Positions 31,582 to 42,763 of a stretch of DNA of 64,000 nucleotides are shown one piece after another. The position numbers were made by a program, and so were the translations under genes. Below the pieces are notes generated by a model. That model was not told where the DNA came from. It worked only from the letters and a program-made list of their open reading frames with translations, and made no database searches. Position 1 is the stretch's first letter. Each line of letters starts with the position of its first letter. Source of the DNA: an uncultured bacterium (GTDB lineage: Bacteria > Desulfobacterota_D > UBA1144 > Nemesobacterales > UBA2774); contig CAVPJU010000002.1 of the NCBI GenBank assembly GCA_963705505.1, positions 62,549 through 126,548 of the forward strand, given 5' to 3'.

Positions 31582-32183
31582 GGAGCGTCATGAGGAAAGT
31601 AAAATGCGGGATGATCTGCCTCTTTTTTATCCTTGCGCTTACCGGTCTGTCGCTTGCAGCCGGGGAGAAGGAGGGCGCAAAGCAGAACCCCCAGACAAAG
31701 ACATACAAGAGCAAGCACGGCTTCTCGATAGATTATCCCGATGACTGGAGGCTCGAGACCTACATGGAGGATTACGAGAGCCTCAGGGCCGCGGAAAAGG
31801 ACGCCGGGAACTATTTCTCCATAATGAGCTATCAGGAAGACGACCCGCGCATAAAGAGCTACCATTACTTCCCCGCGGACACGCTCAAGATAGAGGCGTG
31901 GGTGTTCCCGAATTATGGCGGCACGCTCGCCGAGATGATCACGCAGACCAAGGGCATCACAAAGATCGACAACTTCACGATAGGCGGGAAGAAGGCTAAA
32001 AAAGTGTGGCAGAGAGTCGCCGAAGGAGTTGACGAAGGGGACGAAATCTACTCCATATATTTCGTCGATGCGGGGAAGAAGGCGATCTTCACATGCTACC
32101 CGATATACACGAGCCTCACTGGGCAATTCGAGGAGATAGTCGGGAGCTTCAGGTTCGATCAGGACACACCGAAGCCTAAATAG
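31578..32183 (+). CDS. Secreted PsbP-like protein
   Basis: Signal peptide; TY....GFSIDYPDDW ... FEEIVGSFRF. Confidence 0.65.
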   Translation: MRSVMRKVKCGMICLFFILALTGLSLAAGEKEGAKQNPQTKTYKSKHGFSIDYPDDWRLETYMEDYESLRAAEKDAGNYFSIMSYQEDDPRIKSYHYFPADTLKIEAWVFPNYGGTLAEMITQTKGITKIDNFTIGGKKAKKVWQRVAEGVDEGDEIYSIYFVDAGKKAIFTCYPIYTSLTGQFEEIVGSFRFDQDTPKPK

Positions 32184-32247
32184 GGCTCCACCCACGGTCA
32201 GAATTCAACCCCAACCTCAGCGTGAATTTATTGCTATAGCGTATGCC

Positions 32248-34102
32248 CTACTCGAACAACTCGGGGAGCGGCTTGCCCGTGGTGCCGTTCGGGAAAGGTA
32301 TCCCGATCAGGGCTGAAATAGTGGGCGCGATGTCCGTTATATCGACCGGCCTCATAGACTCCCCGTGCTTGATATTCCACCCGCAGAAAATAAGCGGGAC
32401 GTGAGTGTCGTAGCTGTATGGCCCTCCGTGCGTAGTACCCTTCTTCCCGTACGTTCACTTGAGAACTCGATCCACGAAGGCTCCATAATCACGGCCAGGT
32501 CGCCCTGATCTCTTCGTGTTATAGCCGTTCTCTACAAGACGCCTCGCCCCTACAGTGAAATCGGCGCCGTCCAGCTCGGAAGCCGTAACGACGTCGGCGA
32601 CTCCGTCTATTGTCATCAGATAAGCCGCAGCCTCCCTCTCGACGTCTTCGAGACTGAGCTTGAGCTTCCGGGTAATCAGGTCGCGGTCCAGAGTAAACCT
32701 GCTGGTTGCTGTAGCTGAGGACGAGCTTATCGTCCCCCGCCCCGAAGACAGTCCCCAATTGCTTGTTGAGTCTGTCCCTCACCTCGTCATCGTCTATGAA
32801 ATACCCGGCGGGGACTCCGATGTCCTGCAGATAAAGGGGGACATCGACGACCCCGTGGTCGGCTGTGAGGAATACGAGATAGTTGTCCTGACCCACGAGC
32901 TCATCGAGAGCCTTCAAGAGATCTCCTATGTCCTGATCGAGTCTCAGGTAAGTGTCCTCCACCTCGATTGACCTCGGCCCGTAGTAATGCCCTATTATAT
33001 CGGTTGACGAGAAGCTCACAGCCAGGAAATCCGTAACGCTGTCCCTCCCCAGACCCTCGCCCTTGATCGCCGCTATAGCGAAATCCTTCGTGATCGAGTT
33101 TCCGAAAGGCGTTACCTTGATGAGCCTCCCGTACTGCCCTTTTATCTCTTCCTTGTTTTCGGCCAGCACGTCTTTAAAAACATAGGGGAAAACGGGTTTC
33201 CTGTACTCGCCCGTCTTTTCGTCTTTTCCCCTCATCGATTTCTCGTAGACGTTGTCGTCAGGCAGGCTCTCGCCATACTCGGAAAGTTGTTTAAGAGTCT
33301 TCCATTCCCCGTCTATGCCGGGCTTGCTCAAATATTTCTCGGCGGGATATTCTTTGTTGAAATCTCTCACCCACCCGGGGAGCCCGGGCCTGGCACCGTC
33401 CTTACTATCGCGGTAATAATAGGAGCTGGTGATCCACTCTCCGGTCTCGTCGTCGAGCCAGTATGCGGCATTCCCCAGATGTCCCGCGGGCATGATTGCC
33501 GCCCTGTCCTTGAGCGATATGCCGATCACCTTCGATTGCATGTTCGTCGACAATCTCAGCTCATCGGTGATTGTGGTCGTCAATAAATTTTTAGGCGACA
33601 TCTCTCCCGCGTTCTTGTCCGTTTCCGCGCCGCTCCCCACGAGATAAACCGAGCTGTCGCGCGCGCAGTAGATTTCGTCATTCACAGGCGCCCTTACGAA
33701 CCAGTCGTTTCCGATTATGCCGTGGACCGAGGGTGTAGTGCCCGTATATATCGAAGCGTGGCCGGGGCATGTCGTAGTGGGCACGTAATTGAACCAGGCG
33801 TCCCTGAAGCTGTAGCCGTTGTTTACGAGTCTCTTGAAACCCTCGTCTCCGTATTTATCCCAGTACCTGTCGAGAAAATCATAGGCCATCTGGTCGACTA
33901 CGATCCCCACTATGAGCCTCGGATCGGTGTCCGCGTCTTTTTCCGGCTGCGGAGCGGGAGAAGGCACGGGGGCGGGCTTCGGAGCGGAAGCGGTTTCTTT
34001 CCGGGCCTCGTTATTTTTCGGCTTCTCGCACGAATACGCGAGAAAGACAGTAAGCAGAATTACAAGCAGATGGATTACCCGTGCTTTCCTGAAATAATTC
34101 AT
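32248..34102 (-). CDS. pafA: Alkaline phosphatase, PafA family (frameshifts near 32690 and 32455)
   Basis: VGIVVDQM, Thr nucleophile region PTTTCPGHA, SLKDR, STDIIGH, TADHG; C-terminal GTTHG..YSYDTHVPLIF in another frame. Confidence 0.85.
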
Positions 34103-34321
34103 ATCGATGCTCCCGTCGAATTTCCGTCTAGAATTTTACGCTATCGATGTTAAAGCCGTATTAAGCGCCCGACCGCGCCCTTTATCTCTTCCAATTCAAA
34201 ATACGTTTGCGTGGATTTATGACGTCGCCCCTGGCGCACGCACATTAATAGTATATAAGGTCTGTTTAAATAATTCTTTTGGCATTATAATTTCGATTAA
34301 CACCCGCATAAGGAGGAACAG

Positions 34322-34889
34322 ATGAAAGCTAAAAAACTGCTTTTTATACTCGCACTGGCGCTCGCAGCCGGGTGCGTCCCGCAAAGTCAATACAACCAGG
34401 AAGTCCAGCAGAACCAGCAGCTCAGTTACCTGAACGATACATACCAGCAGCTTAACCAGGCGCTCGAGTCCGAGGTCGCCGCGAACCAGGTACAGATTCA
34501 GCAGCTCCAGGACGAGCTGCAGGTAACATTGGTGAACGAGATCCTCTTCCCCGAAGGCGGATGGGAATTAAGCAGCCAGGGACGTCAGGAGCTTAGCAAG
34601 ATAGTCCCCGCCCTCCAGCAGGTACCGGGCAAGTATATCGTCATCCAGGGCTTCACGGATAACCTCCCGATACTCGAGCCGCTCGCGGGACGCTTCCCGA
34701 CGAACTGGGACCTCGCCGCAGGACGCGCGATCTCCGTTGTCCGTTATCTCGCCGAGCAGGGATTAGACCCGAACCAGCTTTCGGCCGTGTCGTTCGGGCA
34801 GTACCACCCTGTCGCGGATAACAGCACGCCCGCAGGGACGCGCCCAGAACCGCCGCATAAATATAAATATTCAGGACGAGATGCCTTAG
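34322..34889 (+). CDS. OmpA/MotB-family peptidoglycan-binding lipoprotein (frameshift near 34835)
   Basis: AAGC lipobox, GFTDN, NWDLAAGRA, FGQYHPVADN; GRAQNRRI follows after removing one G. Confidence 0.85.
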
Positions 34890-35232
34890 GACGAGTGTCC
34901 GGATTGGTGAAATCGTCTTTTTTTAATTCCCTCCTTCGGAAGAGGCCGTGCTCCGGCTGGCTCCGCCCTGACGAGAGCGTTATGGAGGATTTTGCTTTTT
35001 TCTTTGTCCGCCTACGATATATTAAATATAAATCCCCCTGAATCCCCCTTTACAAAGGGGGAAAATAAAACTACTCAACCCCCTTGCACTTAATTTCGGC
35101 ATTCTCTCAGGCCGATAGGCTATATATAACCCTCACTGGAAAAATTAACCGAGTCGTTTATATTTCAGTCCTTAATGGGGTTCCCCCGGCCTGCCGGGTC
35201 ATTCACAAAGAGATAAAGGTAGAATTCGCACA

Positions 35233-35610
35233 TTGTCTGGAAGGAGACTGCTCGCTTTCGTCCTCGCCTTCGGGGTTATCATTTCGGGGCTGTATGTGTT
35301 CCGCTATTTCCGCGGGACTCACACGGCGTACTGCCCACTGTCCCATAAATTCAGCGACACCGCCGACTGCATAATACTCCACGTGTCAAACGGCAGAATA
35401 CTCATACGCCACAGGGACAGCTTCACGAAGGAAAGCTACTTCGAGATAATCGAGAACGGCCGCTCGCACAAATTCGAGATACCCGATTACAGCGTGGACG
35501 GCAGCGCGCGCAAAAAGTTCCGCGTCAGGCTCATCGATAAAGAGGACAGCGCGGTGACCATAAACGGCGTCCGGTTCGACCTCCTACCTATCATGAACGC
35601 GGGCAGGTGA
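35233..35610 (+). CDS. Hypothetical membrane-anchored protein
   Basis: N-terminal TM helix; 125 aa. Confidence 0.55.
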   Translation: MSGRRLLAFVLAFGVIISGLYVFRYFRGTHTAYCPLSHKFSDTADCIILHVSNGRILIRHRDSFTKESYFEIIENGRSHKFEIPDYSVDGSARKKFRVRLIDKEDSAVTINGVRFDLLPIMNAGR

Positions 35611-35637
35611 GCCGGCGCATCACAAATACGGTAATGA

Positions 35638-36129
35638 CTAGAAGCACACGGGCGAGTTCGAGCTTGTGCAGAAATCGCATACCGCGCTCTCGGTCCTCAC
35701 GCCGGGGATGTTGAAGAAGAGCGAGAGCTTGTCGATCTGAAACGGGTCTATCGCCTCGAGCGACCCGGCGAGCTCACCTTTCACAAGCCCGCCCACGCCC
35801 TGGGATGTATCGTAGAGAGTGATCGTACCGCAGTCAGTAAATTCGGCGAGGAACCTGTTTGTCGTATTGAGAAATACGAAAAGCGTACCGGGATCCGTCG
35901 ATCCGTCCACGTTGACGAAGCTCCAGGATATCGAGAATACATCACCCGTCACGTTCCCTACGCAGTTGTAGCATGACAGCCCGTCCTGCTGCCCGATAGA
36001 GAGTATGTTCTCCGACGCGCAGGGCGTGTCCTCGAGATTGACGCCGAAACAGCCGTTGATATTATCATCACAGGATATAATGCATATACCGGATATAATA
36101 ATAAATATGAGCGGTAATATCGCCTTCAT
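35638..36129 (-). CDS. Cys-rich lipoprotein
   Basis: IISC lipobox and several Cys pairs. Confidence 0.65.
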   Translation of the reverse strand: MKAILPLIFIIISGICIISCDDNINGCFGVNLEDTPCASENILSIGQQDGLSCYNCVGNVTGDVFSISWSFVNVDGSTDPGTLFVFLNTTNRFLAEFTDCGTITLYDTSQGVGGLVKGELAGSLEAIDPFQIDKLSLFFNIPGVRTESAVCDFCTSSNSPVCF

Positions 36130-36293
36130 GCGGAAAACGCCCTCTTCGATAAATTATATCTAAAAATTACGGAGGGGGTTATACGTAAACGGAGCCGCGG
36201 AAAAACAGGAAGGGCGCCGAGTTCGGAAGCTCAGGTTTTGCTGTTATCATGTTAAGCGGGGAACGGATATTTTCGGGTTCACCGCGGGGCAAT

Positions 36294-36689
36294 ATGAGAA
36301 AAGGGCGCGGATTAACGGCTTTACTCTCCATTACCTTCATACTCGCGGCAGCGGGGTGCGGGGATTCCGCCCGGCTGAGATCGGAGATCACGGGGACATG
36401 GACGAGGACGGTGCTGAGCGAAGGCGGCGCGTTCGAGGGGTCTCTCGCATTCGCTCCGGACGGCTCGCTTAAGTTCTCTTTCAGCGGCGATGTAAAAGGT
36501 TATGAGAGGTCCGAAGGCAGGTACAGACTCTCGGGGCGCGATATAATATTCGAGGACAACTCCTGCAGGGGTGCGGGGACGTACAGGTTCCGCCTGAAGG
36601 AGGGGTCGCTTTCCTTCATCCCGCTCAACGACGGCTGCCTCAGGAGAAAGGCTCTCCTCACAGGGGAATGGAGCAGACCTGTCGGCTGA
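36294..36689 (+). CDS. Hypothetical lipoprotein (lipocalin-like beta protein)
   Basis: AAGC lipobox, ITGTW, two Cys. Confidence 0.6.
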   Translation: MRKGRGLTALLSITFILAAAGCGDSARLRSEITGTWTRTVLSEGGAFEGSLAFAPDGSLKFSFSGDVKGYERSEGRYRLSGRDIIFEDNSCRGAGTYRFRLKEGSLSFIPLNDGCLRRKALLTGEWSRPVG

Positions 36690-37007
36690 TGGCCGCCGGA
36701 CGCCTTAACTTGAATTATGAGATGTAACTCTCTGCCGCGATTGCAACTTTCCATTAAGATGAACTAACCCGACGGCACGAAAACAGGTGCGTAAGGCACT
36801 CATCCTGAAGAGTGCCCGCCCCGGAAACATCTTCTAATCCGGATTATCGATAGGCTCCAATAATGTTATTTAATCTAGTTTGCCAATCAGTTTCGTATAT
36901 ATGTAATAAAGGTTGCGTACACCGTGCGGTCGGATAAACTTTAGAACGCATATACGTATTTATATATATAAACAATCATAAATATAGATAAGGCGGAGTA
37001 AGGGCTC

Positions 37008-37772
37008 ATGAAGTTCGCGGATAAGACTGTTATCGTTACGGGCGGGGGCACGGGGATAGGAAAGGAGACCGCCCTCCTCTTTGCCGAGGAAGGGGCCAAC
37101 GTCCTGATAACGGGCCGCAGAGAGGATAAACTTTTAGAGACGGACGCGGAGGCCAGGAAGTACGGGCTCGACATGGATTACATGGCGGCGGACGTATCCA
37201 AGGAGAGCCACTGCAGCGCGGTCGTCGATTACGCGATCGAGAAATTCGGTCAGCTGGACGTGCTCTTCAATAATGCCGGAGTCCTCTACCCCGGGATGAC
37301 CCATGAAACGCCGACGGATATCTGGGACAAGACGTTCGACACAAACGTCAGGGGGACGTGGCTCATGAGCAAATTCGCTATCCCCCGCATGCTCGAGCGG
37401 AGGAAGGGGTGGATAGTGAATAACGCCTCCATCGTCGGGATGAAGGGGTTCCCGGCACTTGCAGCCTATACCTCCTCCAAGGGCGCGGTCGTTCAGCTCA
37501 CGAGGAGCATGGCGCTCGAGTATGCGGACAAAGGGATAAAGGTAAACGCCGTGTGCCCGGGGACGACGGTCACACCTCTTCTCACGGAAGGGTATCTGAA
37601 GCGTATCCCGGATGAAGCGGAAGGGCTCGAGTTCATGAAATCGCTTCACCCGATGGGACGGCTTGCCAGCGCCCGCGAAGTCGCCCACGCGGTGCTTTTC
37701 CTCTGCGACGAGAACTCGGGCTTTATCACCGGGCACATGCTGACTGTGGACGGCGGATGGAGCGCAAAATAG
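37008..37772 (+). CDS. Short-chain dehydrogenase/reductase
   Basis: TGGGTGIG, NNAG, YTSSK. Confidence 0.93.
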   Translation: MKFADKTVIVTGGGTGIGKETALLFAEEGANVLITGRREDKLLETDAEARKYGLDMDYMAADVSKESHCSAVVDYAIEKFGQLDVLFNNAGVLYPGMTHETPTDIWDKTFDTNVRGTWLMSKFAIPRMLERRKGWIVNNASIVGMKGFPALAAYTSSKGAVVQLTRSMALEYADKGIKVNAVCPGTTVTPLLTEGYLKRIPDEAEGLEFMKSLHPMGRLASAREVAHAVLFLCDENSGFITGHMLTVDGGWSAK

Positions 37773-37923
37773 CCGAGTCCCGATAACTCCGCACACTAAA
37801 ACTGGCTGCTCTCCTCATTTATACTCCTGATCTTCCCGCACACAAAAAAATAAATCCCTGCATCCGATCCGGAAGTTTCTGAATCTAACCGTATATGACA
37901 AAAACTCAAAGGAGACTCACGCT

Positions 37924-38688
37924 ATGAAGATCGCAGACAAAACCGCGCTCATCACCGGAGGCGGTACAGGTATAGGAAAAGAGACCGCCCTTCTCTTTGC
38001 ACGCGAAGGGGCAAACGTAATCATCACGGGGAGGAGAGAGGCCAAATTAAAGGAAACGCAGCAAGAAGCTCAAAAAAAGGGACTGAAGATAGACTATATC
38101 GTAAGCGACGTATCGAATGAGGGGGATTGCAAGGCTTCTGTTGATTTCGCAATCGGGAAATACGGAAGGATAGACATACTGTTCAACAACGCAGGCGTCC
38201 TTTTTCCCGGCACCACTCACGAGACAGACACGGAGACGTGGGAAAAAATCTTCGATACGAACGTCAAGGGGACTTATTTCATGTCCAAATACGTCATCCC
38301 GCACATGCTCAGGCAGGGTAAGGGCTCGATCGTGAATAATTCCTCCGTAGGCGGACTGAACGGGTTTCCGGGGCTCGCCGCTTACACCGCGTCCAAGGGC
38401 GCGGTGTCTCTGCTCACAAAGACAATGGCTTTAGAGTACGCGGACAAGGGAATAAAGGTGAACGCCATATGCCCGGGAACGATTGAAACGCCGATGGTCG
38501 TGGATGAATTTCTGGGCAAGGTCGAGGACAGAGCGGCAGCGGAGCAATTTCTGCTGTCCCTTCATCCGATAGGGAGGTTCGGCAAACCCGAGGAGGTCGC
38601 ACATACGGTCCTCTTTCTATGCGACGATAACGTGGGCTTCATGACGGGGAACATGATCTCTATAGACGGCGGGTGGAACGCTAAATAG
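37924..38688 (+). CDS. Short-chain dehydrogenase/reductase (tandem paralog)
   Basis: TGGGTGIG, NNAG, YTASK; same length as its neighbour. Confidence 0.93.
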   Translation: MKIADKTALITGGGTGIGKETALLFAREGANVIITGRREAKLKETQQEAQKKGLKIDYIVSDVSNEGDCKASVDFAIGKYGRIDILFNNAGVLFPGTTHETDTETWEKIFDTNVKGTYFMSKYVIPHMLRQGKGSIVNNSSVGGLNGFPGLAAYTASKGAVSLLTKTMALEYADKGIKVNAICPGTIETPMVVDEFLGKVEDRAAAEQFLLSLHPIGRFGKPEEVAHTVLFLCDDNVGFMTGNMISIDGGWNAK

Positions 38689-38775
38689 CCCGACCGATAC
38701 TACGGACGAAAAAGAATCGGTTAATAAACCATAAATCGGGTACTATTTGAAAAAAGGCTTTAGAGGAAGTGCAAG

Positions 38776-39172
38776 ATGAAGCTTGACGAATTCGTATATA
38801 AGCTGTGCACGGAGGGAAAGAACTTCGCGGCGGTCTCCACGCTCATGCCCGACGGGTCGCCTCAGGTAAGCATCGTCTGGGTGGATGCGGACGAGGAGTA
38901 TATATACATCAATACCGCGGAGGGACGTTTGAAACCCCGGAACATGCGGCGGGACAAACGCGTGGCTATCGCGATATTCGACGCCGGTAACCCCTACAGG
39001 CAGGCGCATGGTGAGAGGGATAGCCGAAGAAGACAGGAAGAAGGACGCCGAAGAGCACGCGGACAGGATGGCTATGAAGTACCTGGGCCTCGACAAATAT
39101 CCATACCGCGCTCCCGGGGAAAAGAGGGTCATATTCAGGATAAAGCCCGAGAAGATACACAAGCTCACGTGA
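38776..39172 (+). CDS. Pyridoxamine 5'-phosphate oxidase-like (PPOX, F420-dependent class) protein (frameshift near 39007)
   Basis: STLMPDGSPQVS.VW, NTAEGRLK.RN..RD.RV; continues VRG...KYLGLDKYPYR.PGEKRV. Confidence 0.82.
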
Positions 39173-39304
39173 GAGAGTAACGGAAGGTAAATATCGAGGG
39201 ATGCAGGTTTCCTGCCCGCACCGCAGATTAAATAAATAACTTCCCTGAATTCGCCGTTTGCCCCGCTTATGCCGCTAAAACTATTTTATATTGTTGAGCC
39301 GCCG

Positions 39305-41122
39305 TTAAATCACTGCCGTGAGCGACAGGAATAAAGCCGAGAGTGAGAACAGGAGCGCGGTAAGGATAATACCGACGTTGGCATACACTATATCACTCTT
39401 CGAGATACCCGCCCTTTTCGCCTTATAAGCCCTCAGGATAATAGTCGGACAGAGCAGGAACATATTTAACAGCATCGGTACGGTCAGCCACCAGGAATTC
39501 TTGAAGAGAGCCGAGATCAGGCTATCCGCCCCCGAGTGATTGATATCGGCCGCACGGGCCGCGAACAGCATAGCCGTCCCCACAAAACCGAGCCATGCTC
39601 CGCTGAACGAAGTCCCCGCCAGTAGCGATCCGTAATTCTCAGCCGCCCGGATACCGGTAAGCCTGCTCCTCATGCTGCCGTAGTAAAAGTAAATGAGAAA
39701 TCCGATATTCAGCCACGCAGCGAACCTGAGCCAGGAAGTGGGAGGCAGATAATATATTAGCCCGAGACATCCCAGTCCGCCGAGTATCGGAAGGACGATA
39801 CCTCCGGGGACGCGGAATGCACGTTTCATCTCAGGGTGTTTATACCGAAGCACTATAATTCCCGCCGAAACCAATATGAAAGCGAATAGCGTGCCGATAT
39901 TCGTCAGATCCACCATCTCGTCAAGGCTCGTGAACAGCGCGGCCGTACCCACGGCGGCGCCCGTGACAATAGTCGAGAACCAGGGTGTTCTGAAATTATT
40001 GTGAACCCCGGCAAACGCGCGCGGGAGTAGCCCGTCCCTCGCCATCGAGAAAAGGATGCGCGGCTGTCCCAGCTGGAATACGAATAGAACGGCGAGGTGT
40101 GCGATTACGGAGCCGAGCGCCACGACGAATATGGCGAGGCCCTTTATGTTCGCGTACTGGAGAGCGAGTGTAAGAGGCTCAGCCTGCTCCGTGGAGAGCC
40201 TATGAACGAGGTCCCGGTATGGAATCATACCCGTAAACACCGCCGCGACGATTATATAGAAAACGGTGCAGACCGCGAGGGATGCGAGGATCCCTATCGG
40301 GAGGTCTCTCTGCGGTCTTTTCGTTTCCTCGGCGACTGTGGATACCGCGTCGAATCCGATGTATGCGAAGAATATCACCGCCGCGCCCGAGGCGACTCCG
40401 ATGAAGCCGTTCGGCATGAACGGCTTCCAGTTATCGACCTTCATGTACCTGATACCGATAAAAATAAAGAGGGCGAGAACGGCGAGCTTCACTACCACCA
40501 TACCCGTTGCGAACCAGGCGCTTTCGCGGATTCCGATGAGTAGAATCACCGTTATCGCGGCGACGATGAGGAATGCGAGCAGATTGAAAACGACCGGCAT
40601 ACCGAAGATATGCGGGGCGCTTTCCATCAGTCCGGGTATCTTGCGGGCGGTTTCAAAATCCACGGATATCCAGTCCGGAATGACGATCCCCGCCTCTCTC
40701 AAAAATGTTTTCAGGTAGTTGGCACAGCTTATAGCTACGGCGACGTTACCTACGGCGTATTCAATTATCAGGTCCCAGCCTATGATCCACGCGACGAGCT
40801 CTCCGAGCGTGGCGTAAGAATATGTGTACGCCGAGCCCGATATAGGGACTAACGAGGCGAACTCCGCATAGCAGAGGGCGACGAACACACAGACCACGCC
40901 CGCGAGTCCGAATGAAAGCATGAGACCGGGACCCGCGCCGAGCCTGTGCATATCACCCGCCGCCGCTGTGCCGATCGTCGCGAATATGCCGGCGCCGATA
41001 ATCGCGCCGATTCCGAGCATCGTGATCTGGAGAGGGCCGAGCGCCCTTCTGAGTGAATACTCGGAAGGCCGGGATTCATCCAGGATTGCATCTATACTCT
41101 TCGTAGAAAATATCCCGCGCAT
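39305..41122 (-). CDS. APC-family amino acid permease with extra C-terminal TM helices
   Basis: GAIIGAGIF, GSAYTY, FAYIGFDAV, MARDGLLP. Confidence 0.92.
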   Translation of the reverse strand: MRGIFSTKSIDAILDESRPSEYSLRRALGPLQITMLGIGAIIGAGIFATIGTAAAGDMHRLGAGPGLMLSFGLAGVVCVFVALCYAEFASLVPISGSAYTYSYATLGELVAWIIGWDLIIEYAVGNVAVAISCANYLKTFLREAGIVIPDWISVDFETARKIPGLMESAPHIFGMPVVFNLLAFLIVAAITVILLIGIRESAWFATGMVVVKLAVLALFIFIGIRYMKVDNWKPFMPNGFIGVASGAAVIFFAYIGFDAVSTVAEETKRPQRDLPIGILASLAVCTVFYIIVAAVFTGMIPYRDLVHRLSTEQAEPLTLALQYANIKGLAIFVVALGSVIAHLAVLFVFQLGQPRILFSMARDGLLPRAFAGVHNNFRTPWFSTIVTGAAVGTAALFTSLDEMVDLTNIGTLFAFILVSAGIIVLRYKHPEMKRAFRVPGGIVLPILGGLGCLGLIYYLPPTSWLRFAAWLNIGFLIYFYYGSMRSRLTGIRAAENYGSLLAGTSFSGAWLGFVGTAMLFAARAADINHSGADSLISALFKNSWWLTVPMLLNMFLLCPTIILRAYKAKRAGISKSDIVYANVGIILTALLFSLSALFLSLTAVI

Positions 41123-41166
41123 TCCGAGTCCAAGGGGGCCTTGCCTGAGTTAAAACTATATTAGCC

Positions 41167-42582
41167 CTATTGCTGAGGCTGCTTTTGTGAGAATTTCGCG
41201 AGTATAACGTCCGCTATCCCCTGATAATTCTTTCCGATACTGTGTCCGCCGCTGCGCACTATAACATGGGCGAAGCCCGGAGGGAGGCTCTCGCAGATTT
41301 CGTCACTGTCACTTTTGCCGTATATACATTCTATATCCTTTCCTTTTAACTTTTCGATCTCAGGTCTTACCGGGAGCGCCTTATCCCCCTGGGAGCCGCC
41401 TATCCAGTTCGTCAGGTGGAACTCGAGATCCACGTCATGACCGGGGCCCATGAGGACGATCGAATACACCCTGGAGTAGAGGTTTTCGGGCAGCCGGCTG
41501 ATCATGAAGGGCGCCACATCAGCCCCCATCGAATATCCGATAACGACGACATTCTTCTTGTTCCAGCGGTTGAGATAATAGGAGAGTATCTTCCCGAGGT
41601 CCTGCGAGATGCCCTCCGGAGTGCGGCGTTTCCAGAAGTAGTGAAGGGAATTTATACCGACCACAGGGATTCCATTTCGAGCAAGCATAGTGCTGATCCC
41701 TTTCTCGGTAGTACCCCATCCGCCGTCGCCCGAAATCAAAACCGCCATCGCGTCCTTCCCGGGAAAGCCCGCGGGGACCTCGACAAGGGGCAGGCCCTCG
41801 AGTTCCTTTATATCCACCTCGTCCAGATTCGTATCGGGTTTCGCGCTCAGGGAACTGAAAGCCTCCTTAAACTGCGGCATCCAGTTTTTGGGGACCGAGT
41901 ACCCGTGGCCGACTTTAGGGAGCATTACGAGAGTACTGTTTGTAACCTGCTTTACATAAGTCTCGGTCGCTCCGGGATCGCAGACCTGATCGATCGTCCC
42001 CTGAAAAGCGGTCCAGGGAACCTCAAGCGTCCTCGAAGCAAGGAAGATAACTCCCTTGCCCTTCGGACCCGGCTGCCATTCAAGCCCGTTTCCTTTGCAC
42101 AACGGCTTGGTCACAAGAAGGTCGGGACAGAAGCCGAGGCTTATGCCGCCCTTGAACGTATTGGACGGGGCCTGCACCAGCGCCGCGTACACAAGCGTTG
42201 CGCCCGAAGAATAGCCGACCAGAATGGGAGTGATATAGCGCGGGAGGTTGAGCTTTTCCTGTGCGAACTTGCTCAGCTCCTCGAAATCTCCCGGCGGATA
42301 TGAGCACTTGCTTTTAGATCCCTCCAGCTCCTTCAGATAATGGGTTATATCCACGCCGATTACGAGAGCATCGAGAGAGGAGAGCTCCCTCGCCATATCC
42401 ACTACGCCGAGGTTCCAGCCGCCGTCCCCGGAAACGAAAATTACGACACTTTTGGGTGAGGGTGTATTGTAATAAAGAGTTACCTCGCCGAACGGCCCGA
42501 ACCTGGCTTTTTCCTCAGTCGCGGACGCATAATTCGCAACCGATAGCGCGAACAAGATAACGAGAACCAGGACCGTTTTCAT
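41167..42582 (-). CDS. acvB: AcvB/VirJ-family aminoacyl-phosphatidylglycerol hydrolase
   Basis: Two SGDGGW motifs, GYSSGA and GYSMGAD; signal peptide. Confidence 0.85.
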   Translation of the reverse strand: MKTVLVLVILFALSVANYASATEEKARFGPFGEVTLYYNTPSPKSVVIFVSGDGGWNLGVVDMARELSSLDALVIGVDITHYLKELEGSKSKCSYPPGDFEELSKFAQEKLNLPRYITPILVGYSSGATLVYAALVQAPSNTFKGGISLGFCPDLLVTKPLCKGNGLEWQPGPKGKGVIFLASRTLEVPWTAFQGTIDQVCDPGATETYVKQVTNSTLVMLPKVGHGYSVPKNWMPQFKEAFSSLSAKPDTNLDEVDIKELEGLPLVEVPAGFPGKDAMAVLISGDGGWGTTEKGISTMLARNGIPVVGINSLHYFWKRRTPEGISQDLGKILSYYLNRWNKKNVVVIGYSMGADVAPFMISRLPENLYSRVYSIVLMGPGHDVDLEFHLTNWIGGSQGDKALPVRPEIEKLKGKDIECIYGKSDSDEICESLPPGFAHVIVRSGGHSIGKNYQGIADVILAKFSQKQPQQ

Positions 42583-42763
42583 ATAACCATTCCACGAGGG
42601 GGCATCGGCTCATTGCGACAATTTTGCTGCACCGGCCTTATCAGATATCCTCTTGTATCTTATAAACCGCAAAAAACGTATTTTGTTATGCGCCGTCCTA
42701 AACTTTAATACAATCCTGTACCCGTCATGGATTCTCAGGGGTCCTTGTATCCGGAGCCGCCGC

